Source: a virus. From it: 64,000 bases of DNA. The stretch is taken from the IMG/VR virus record IMGVR_UViG_3300028840_005764, positions 32,001-96,000 of that record; one strand, 5' to 3'. The notes under the pieces were generated by a model, which was not told the origin of the DNA, ran no database searches, and saw nothing but the letters and a program-made list of their open reading frames with translations. The position numbers were made by a program, and so were the translations under genes. Below are positions 58,870 through 64,000 of this stretch, one piece after another. Positions within the stretch are counted from its first letter, which is position 1; every line of letters starts with the position of its first letter.

Positions 58870-59357
58870 GGTTTCCCCTCATCAAGAACATGTTGTTGTA
58901 TTTCCTTGAACGTGACTTGTGGTTTTTCACCGGATTTAAACATAGTAGATGTCGGAGTTGGTTTTGTTATAGTAACTAGTTTTTTATCATGTGATGATTC
59001 TTCAGCTACGCATTGGCTATCCTGGCATTCGTGCATTACGGGACAGTCGCTATCCGATTGACATTCTCCCATGAATGCTCTGATTGCATCAGGTTCATCA
59101 GCTGCTGACACCGGCATCATAGGTGCCGCTGTATTCATTTGAAGTTTTATTTCATACATTAGATCTTTTAGTTCATCATGTTTTTCATTTAGTTTAGATA
59201 TTTCTTGTGTTGAATAATTAAATAAACTATGAAGCATTAATTCATTTTTACTGTCACTTTTGATTGCAGCTATTAATGCAGCTATTGCTGTAATCAATGC
59301 TGGTATAGATACTAGAATATTTTTTGAGCCGCTGACTTTTTTCTCCTTATCAGACAT
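58851..59357 (-). CDS. Membrane-anchored protein with Cys-rich CxxDxDCPxxxxCxxxxC unit
   Basis: GGAGG RBS; N-terminal TM helix, coiled coil, CQSDSDCPVMHECQDSQC. Confidence 0.65.
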   Translation of the reverse strand: MSDKEKKVSGSKNILVSIPALITAIAALIAAIKSDSKNELMLHSLFNYSTQEISKLNEKHDELKDLMYEIKLQMNTAAPMMPVSAADEPDAIRAFMGECQSDSDCPVMHECQDSQCVAEESSHDKKLVTITKPTPTSTMFKSGEKPQVTFKEIQQHVLDEGKPWQQTK

Positions 59358-59422
59358 ATCATCCCTCCTTGTGCTGATTTAATCGTTATAGTATCACAAT
59401 AAGTAATCAGTACCAGGAGTAA

Positions 59423-59495
59423 CGCGTCCGGCAGGATTCGAACCCGCGTAGTTCTGATTAGAAGTCAGATGCCTGATCCCCTAGGCTACGGACGC
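59423..59495 (-). tRNA. tRNA-Arg(TCT)
   Basis: TCTGA-CTTCTAA-TCAGA. Confidence 0.9.
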
Positions 59496-59575
59496 GAAAG
59501 AAGTGGTGATAGCCGCCCACATCACTATCACCCGCACAAGCCCCAACCGAACCAAATGCTTGCACATCCCTGTAA

Positions 59576-59649
59576 CACGCCCGGCAGGATTCGAACCTGC
59601 GACCTCCTGGCCCGCAACCAGGCACGCTATCCAACTGCGCTACGAGCGC
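59576..59649 (-). tRNA. tRNA-Arg(GCG)
   Basis: CCTGG-TTGCGGG-CCAGG. Confidence 0.88.
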
Positions 59650-59840
59650 TCGTCTTCGTCGATGAAGACTGTATTTTTTGGAAGTTTTTTTAGACTGAAT
59701 GGTAACTCTTGATGATAATCCTCTGGTGGGAAAATACCCACAGGTATAAGAGTTTGTGTTGTAGCTGTCATCACTTCGTGGTCACCATACCCATCTTCGA
59801 TGAGTTCAGTGATTCTTTGGTGTAGTTCCGATAGTGTCAT
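59640..59840 (-). CDS. Small hypothetical protein
   Basis: MTLSELHQRI...GYGDHEV; follows ARPP-like gene. Confidence 0.5.
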   Translation of the reverse strand: MTLSELHQRITELIEDGYGDHEVMTATTQTLIPVGIFPPEDYHQELPFSLKKLPKNTVFIDEDERS

Positions 59841-59841
59841 T

Positions 59842-60825
59842 TTACGCACCTGCTGAGCACAGAGACACATAAGGGTAGCCTTGCCGTTCCTTATACAGAA
59901 TTTGCCCAGCCAGTTGTTGGTTGGCTACAGTCGCCACACTCATCTTGGGCAGTCTGCTGTCGGCTGCACCTTCTGACAGCAGCGGCTGTTGTGTCACGTG
60001 TTCGATCGTTTTTTCGCTCAGCAGTTTGACCTGCGCATTGGCGTTTTTCAGTGCGCGGTGAATACCAGCCAGCGATTTGACCTCCACGCTCATGGGCACA
60101 AAGAATTTTGACGCTTGCCTGTGCCGCTTTTGATACTGAATTGCGAGTGAGCCGTAGCAGACTCTTATCAGTGGTTCCCACACACGTTCCCAGAACGCCA
60201 TGTTTGGAGCGCGTTCGACACCAACCACGTTTTCTCCCAGCAAGATGATGGCACCAATTTGTTTTGGCACCAACTCAAACTCAGCTACGAACTCATCCAG
60301 CTGCTTTTCAAAGTGCTTCAAGAAGTAAGTGAGGTGGCCACCAGTATGTGGCACTCCACTTTCTTTGTTCAGACTTCTGATGTGCGGCCAGATCTTGTCA
60401 TAACCTTGTCTGTGTCTCATACTGAGAGCATGAGATCGTATTGATGCTGGCAATACCAACATGGTGATCGCTTTCTGGTCTCTGATGTAACCACCTTGGC
60501 TGTCCTCGATGCACATGGCTGTCTCGATGGACTTGCGGCCGTTTGCTTTGACCAAAAACGCGCTTGGCACAGCGTGGTCTTGTGCACGTTCTCTTGTCAC
60601 CCAACCAGCACCTGTCGGTACGATGCTTGGTCGTGTGCTGTCTGTATTGCGCACTTGAACCGTACCATAGTTCGATGTTTCCACATGGAAGTCTGGTGGT
60701 GCGAAGTCGTCATCTTGCGCGTCGCCCTCGTCGATGAGCGGGATGACAGACATGTGGCCCACGGTTTGGGTTCTGCCACGTCCCATTCCTCTGAGGATTT
60801 CTTCGACTGTGAGGTTGCGTGTCAT
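59842..60825 (-). CDS. ARPP-1/DUF6569-like protein
   Basis: MSVIPL..V.N..RP...AQDH...CIE..QGG and QIGAII....VGVE pattern recalled from that family; ATGA-coupled to vWA gene. Confidence 0.55.
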   Translation of the reverse strand: MTRNLTVEEILRGMGRGRTQTVGHMSVIPLIDEGDAQDDDFAPPDFHVETSNYGTVQVRNTDSTRPSIVPTGAGWVTRERAQDHAVPSAFLVKANGRKSIETAMCIEDSQGGYIRDQKAITMLVLPASIRSHALSMRHRQGYDKIWPHIRSLNKESGVPHTGGHLTYFLKHFEKQLDEFVAEFELVPKQIGAIILLGENVVGVERAPNMAFWERVWEPLIRVCYGSLAIQYQKRHRQASKFFVPMSVEVKSLAGIHRALKNANAQVKLLSEKTIEHVTQQPLLSEGAADSRLPKMSVATVANQQLAGQILYKERQGYPYVSLCSAGA

Positions 60826-62435
60826 GACAGTGCCTTTCTCGTCTCAACTGACCCCAGGGCCAGACGTAGTAGGGCGTTGATTCCATTCACTGGCTCTGCC
60901 TCGATCATCCCTCGGATGAAGGTGGCTGTGAGCTGCCCAGGTTGCTGCACTGGCATTGTTGGTACACCGTCGTTGGGCGCCAGCTCACGTGCACCTTTCG
61001 ACTCGGCAGCGAACACCGGGTTTAAATGATACACAGGCGTATCAATACCGATCTCCCGCACGTGGTGCATGACCTCAGCGAAGCGCCCGGCTGGTGCATT
61101 CTCGTATCCGTCGCTGATCACGAACACAGCCTCGGGTTCGTCGTTCAGCGCCTCCACCAAGCTGTCAGCAATGGCTGTGTCACCCATCGGACGGACGAGA
61201 CCATCGCCAGCTTCGATGTCTGTACCACTGACATGGTACTCCTGACTCTCATCACCGGTGTGCAACAGGGTGTCGCGCATGGCCAAGGCCACCGCCAGGG
61301 GTCGCAGTGGTTGGCTGCGGTGACCAGCCATCGATTGTGACGCGTCCACGATGACGGCCACCGATTTGTAGCGCGTTGGGAACATCGCTGCGGTCTCCTT
61401 CGCCTTCTCGTCCAAGGCGTTCGCAATCTCTTGCGTCAGCCCACACTCGAACGCGTAGAGGTATAGGCGCACAGCGTCGTACTTCGTCGGGTCCATGTCG
61501 ACTTCGACGTTTGCGCGCTTTGCTCTTTTCTGTACTGCCATCTTCTGGTGGCCGGTGAGCTTGCCGCCCTTGGCCACAAGTTTCAGCACATCCTCCTTCT
61601 TCGTGTCGGGGTGGTATGTGCTTCTCAGGCCCTCCAGGACCTCCAGAGGAAGTTTAGAGCCAGCCTTGATATCTTCCTTCGCTTTTTCAAACGAAACGAA
61701 GAGAGGCAGGCTCAGGCGTTCACGCACGTCCAGGATGAAGCCCACGCACTCGAGCACTTCCTTGTATCTGTTCAGCTGGCAGTGCTTCCGGATGTTCTGC
61801 TCGAGAATCGTTAGCTCCTTCTTCTTTCGGTAACGCCCACCCTTCTTCAGGATCGATCCGATGATTGATGTTAGCCGTAGGCCCCAGGCGTGGGTCAGTG
61901 CCGCCCGCATTTTTGTCCTGTACTTCACCGACCAGAGTTGCAGTCTCGGGCTCGAGAGCAGCGTGCGCAGGATCAGTTTTCTTGTCCTGGCGTTGTTCGC
62001 CTTCTTCAGACCCAGGGATGCATCACCCACCCGCAGTCCATCGATCAGCTTCAACATGCGCTGTGGTGGCAGAGCTTGGAACAGGTGGTACAGCACCATG
62101 CGTTCTTGTCCCGGCTCGAGGAACGCTTGTTCCACGCCGTTCCGGGGGAATGACAGCAGCTTCTTCATACCGATCTGCACGCTGCGGTCGGTCAACCCTG
62201 GCAGCGTCAACAGCACGGCGTATACGTCCCTCTCCAGGCCAAAGAGTTCGTCGTGCACACGCAGTTCGGCAGCCTGTTGTTCGGCGCGCGTGTTGTAGTG
62301 CGTCGCGCGCCCCATGGAGCTGACAGCTGTGTCCAGGAATGAGCAGACGGATTTGCTCATCTTCTTCACAGCAGTCTTGTTCCGTGGCATCCACAGCAGC
62401 TGTTCATTCGAGTGCGTTTGCACCAACGTATTCAT
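60822..62435 (-). CDS. Helical N-terminal + C-terminal vWA protein (Ro60/TROVE-like architecture)
   Basis: GAGGTGA RBS; basic all-helical N-terminal ~350 aa; MIDAS VIVDASQSM...T...VFVISDGYEN. Confidence 0.7.
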   Translation of the reverse strand: MNTLVQTHSNEQLLWMPRNKTAVKKMSKSVCSFLDTAVSSMGRATHYNTRAEQQAAELRVHDELFGLERDVYAVLLTLPGLTDRSVQIGMKKLLSFPRNGVEQAFLEPGQERMVLYHLFQALPPQRMLKLIDGLRVGDASLGLKKANNARTRKLILRTLLSSPRLQLWSVKYRTKMRAALTHAWGLRLTSIIGSILKKGGRYRKKKELTILEQNIRKHCQLNRYKEVLECVGFILDVRERLSLPLFVSFEKAKEDIKAGSKLPLEVLEGLRSTYHPDTKKEDVLKLVAKGGKLTGHQKMAVQKRAKRANVEVDMDPTKYDAVRLYLYAFECGLTQEIANALDEKAKETAAMFPTRYKSVAVIVDASQSMAGHRSQPLRPLAVALAMRDTLLHTGDESQEYHVSGTDIEAGDGLVRPMGDTAIADSLVEALNDEPEAVFVISDGYENAPAGRFAEVMHHVREIGIDTPVYHLNPVFAAESKGARELAPNDGVPTMPVQQPGQLTATFIRGMIEAEPVNGINALLRLALGSVETRKALS

Positions 62436-62493
62436 AGCATCACCTCTCCCGTGGAGTTCTCCATCAAATTGTTTGTGGAGGAAAGGAAAGATC

Positions 62494-62563
62494 TAGCGGT
62501 AATTACGGAAGCTGGGTCTTTGACATAAACTATTTGTCTGAACCAGCATCACAGTTCCCGCTA
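62494..62563 (-). ncRNA. Minimal GAACU-N10-UUCAG motif RNA (no tRNA domain)
   Basis: TAGCGG/CCGCTA ends, GCTGG/CCAGC stem, GACA/TGTC apical hairpin. Confidence 0.65.
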
Positions 62564-62570
62564 AAAGAAA

Positions 62571-62694
62571 TGGTTGAGTCAATTAGAGCATCACGTTTTC
62601 TAAGTGACTGGACTTGAACCAGCTACCTACGGTTTTCAGGACCGTTGCTCTTTCCAACTGAGCTACACTAAAGTGACCCTCAAGTTCTCAACCA
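62571..62694 (-). ncRNA. Y-RNA-like: tRNA cloverleaf whose acceptor stem is extended by the GAACU-N10-UUUAG module
   Basis: TGGTTGAG/CTCAACCA ends; D arm, ACGGT-CCTGAAA-ACCGT, GCTGG-TTCAAGT-CCAGT. Confidence 0.8.
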
Positions 62695-62709
62695 AAACAA
62701 GGCGTTTAA

Positions 62710-62833
62710 AGCGAGGGAAGTAGGACATCACGATTGAGTGAAAGAGAAGGATTTGAACCTTCAACCTTCGGCTCTGCATGCCGATGCTCGACCACTCGAG
62801 CTGTCTTCCTAAAGTGACCTCCAAGTTCTCGCT
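62710..62833 (-). ncRNA. Y-RNA-like: tRNA cloverleaf (GCA loop) whose acceptor stem is extended by the GAACU-N10-UUUAG module
   Basis: AGCGAG/CTCGCT ends; D arm, TCGGC-ATGCAGA-GCCGA, GAAGG-TTCAAAT-CCTTC. Confidence 0.8.
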
Positions 62834-62837
62834 AAAA

Positions 62838-62871
62838 AATATATACCACAGGTGCTCGAACTTTTCGCAAG
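62838..62871 (-). promoter_or_regulatory. Promoter of the ncRNA-vWA-ARPP unit
   Basis: TTGCGA ... TGTGGTATAT immediately before the first ncRNA; A-rich UP-like tract upstream. Confidence 0.6.
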
Positions 62872-62919
62872 TTTTTTTCTTATTTTTTCACTTTTTCTTC
62901 CATAATATATTGGGTGGAA

Positions 62920-62993
62920 TGCCCCCGGTGGGATTTGAACCCAACGTTGCCGGATTGAAAGCCCGGTGTCCTACCCGTTTGAACGACGGGGGC
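62920..62993 (-). tRNA. tRNA-Glu(TTC)
   Basis: CCGGG-CTTTCAA-TCCGG. Confidence 0.88.
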
Positions 62994-62999
62994 GAAGGA

Positions 63000-63722
63000 T
63001 TATTCTGCAATTGCGTCGTTGATCGCTGCATATATTTCATCTTTTGCTCTTGCTATTTTATAGTATGGAACATGGAAAAATTCAGCTAGATGATTATTAC
63101 GTATCACAAATTCAAATGGCAAATTGGATATGAGGCCTACGTGGCGTTCACGCATTTTTTGAATACGATCGTTTTTAATTTTATTCACCAGCTCTTCTGG
63201 TGGTGTGAGTAGTGAATGTAGGACACGCCGTGCAAAAGGTTTTAATCTTTTTTCTGTGTGTTCTAATATTTCTTTGTATCTATAATCCCATTTTGCTTGG
63301 CATGAATATGGATATGATTTGATTTTATCGACTGAGATATCTTGGTTTTTCATTACCTCAATTTTTACATGTTGTTTTGGATCTTTAGGTGTGTATTTAG
63401 AATCTTTTCTAAATGCTGTCACAGCAGTATTTAAGAAGTTTTTGCGTGCTATATACATACACCAAGTTTTGATTGATGCGCGTGTCTCATCATATTTGTC
63501 TAGATTCTTAAACATTTTTAAATATGCTTCTTGAACAAGATCTTCTTTATCTATAAATGACGGTATAGATACTTTCCCAGCTTCACGCATAAGGAATGGC
63601 CGCAACTCTTGAATAGTTTTGAGGAATAGCTGTTTTCTTTCGTCAGTGACTGTGAATTTTTTCTGGCGTGGATAGAGTTTCGGGCGTGGGCGGAGCTTCG
63701 GGCGTGGTTTTCTGACAATCAC
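63000..63722 (-). CDS. Phage sigma-70-family RNA polymerase sigma factor
   Basis: GGAGG RBS; DKEDLVQEAYL...YD..RASIKTW...ARK region-2 motif; C-terminal HTH. Confidence 0.8.
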   Translation of the reverse strand: MIVRKPRPKLRPRPKLYPRQKKFTVTDERKQLFLKTIQELRPFLMREAGKVSIPSFIDKEDLVQEAYLKMFKNLDKYDETRASIKTWCMYIARKNFLNTAVTAFRKDSKYTPKDPKQHVKIEVMKNQDISVDKIKSYPYSCQAKWDYRYKEILEHTEKRLKPFARRVLHSLLTPPEELVNKIKNDRIQKMRERHVGLISNLPFEFVIRNNHLAEFFHVPYYKIARAKDEIYAAINDAIAE

Positions 63723-64000
63723 TGTACCCTCCGATTTTTTATCAGCGTATAGGACTATCGGTGGTGTGACTGATACGCAATAGAAAAATACAGATGATTG
63801 TCTTGAAACGTTAGGAATTACTTTAAGATTGGAACGTACTATTGGAGAACTTTTGTTTAAATTATCAAGTCAATAAGGTTATCAATATCATGACATTCTG
63901 GTTGGCTTTGGACTGCCTGTTGAGCTTTTTTGGTGGCTGCTTTCTTACCCATTCCACTTTCGCACAGGACCTCAACGATCTGCTCGACACGATAGTCCTC

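Noticed and set aside
57546-62394. Long antisense or alternative-frame ORFs within the high-GC genes
   Set aside because: Expected shadow ORFs of GC-rich coding sequence.

Overview
This 64-kb window is part of a large tailed dsDNA bacteriophage genome in standard code 11. Myxobacteria-like protein motifs suggest, weakly, a Myxococcota/deltaproteobacterial host. 1-25.8 kb (+) is a tail module: tape-measure C-terminus, then very large Ig-like/LamG/BNR-repeat tail-tip proteins. 26.4-51.5 kb (+) is a self-contained replication/recombination module: SF2 helicase, loader, DnaB-like helicase, primase, intein-containing DnaE, HU, UvsY/gp32/RecA-like, Mre11/Rad50-like, NrdJ, Dam, DnaQ-like, RuvC-like and UDG. 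51.5-64 kb (-) holds 21 canonical tRNA genes among small ORFs, several non-canonical tRNA-like RNAs, a vWA (Ro60/TROVE-like architecture) plus ARPP-1-like gene pair, and a sigma factor. The strongest candidate new system is five ncRNAs that share one structured motif, GAACU-N10-UUYAG. It is grafted onto the acceptor stem, anticodon arm or variable arm of tRNA-like bodies, or stands alone, and three of the RNAs sit directly upstream of the vWA gene. The second highlight is a basic terminal peptide tag, (I/V)xRxPRPK, on about nine unrelated non-structural proteins, in a genome that also encodes a protein with 120 consecutive Asp. All product calls come from motif recognition by eye; no database searches were run.
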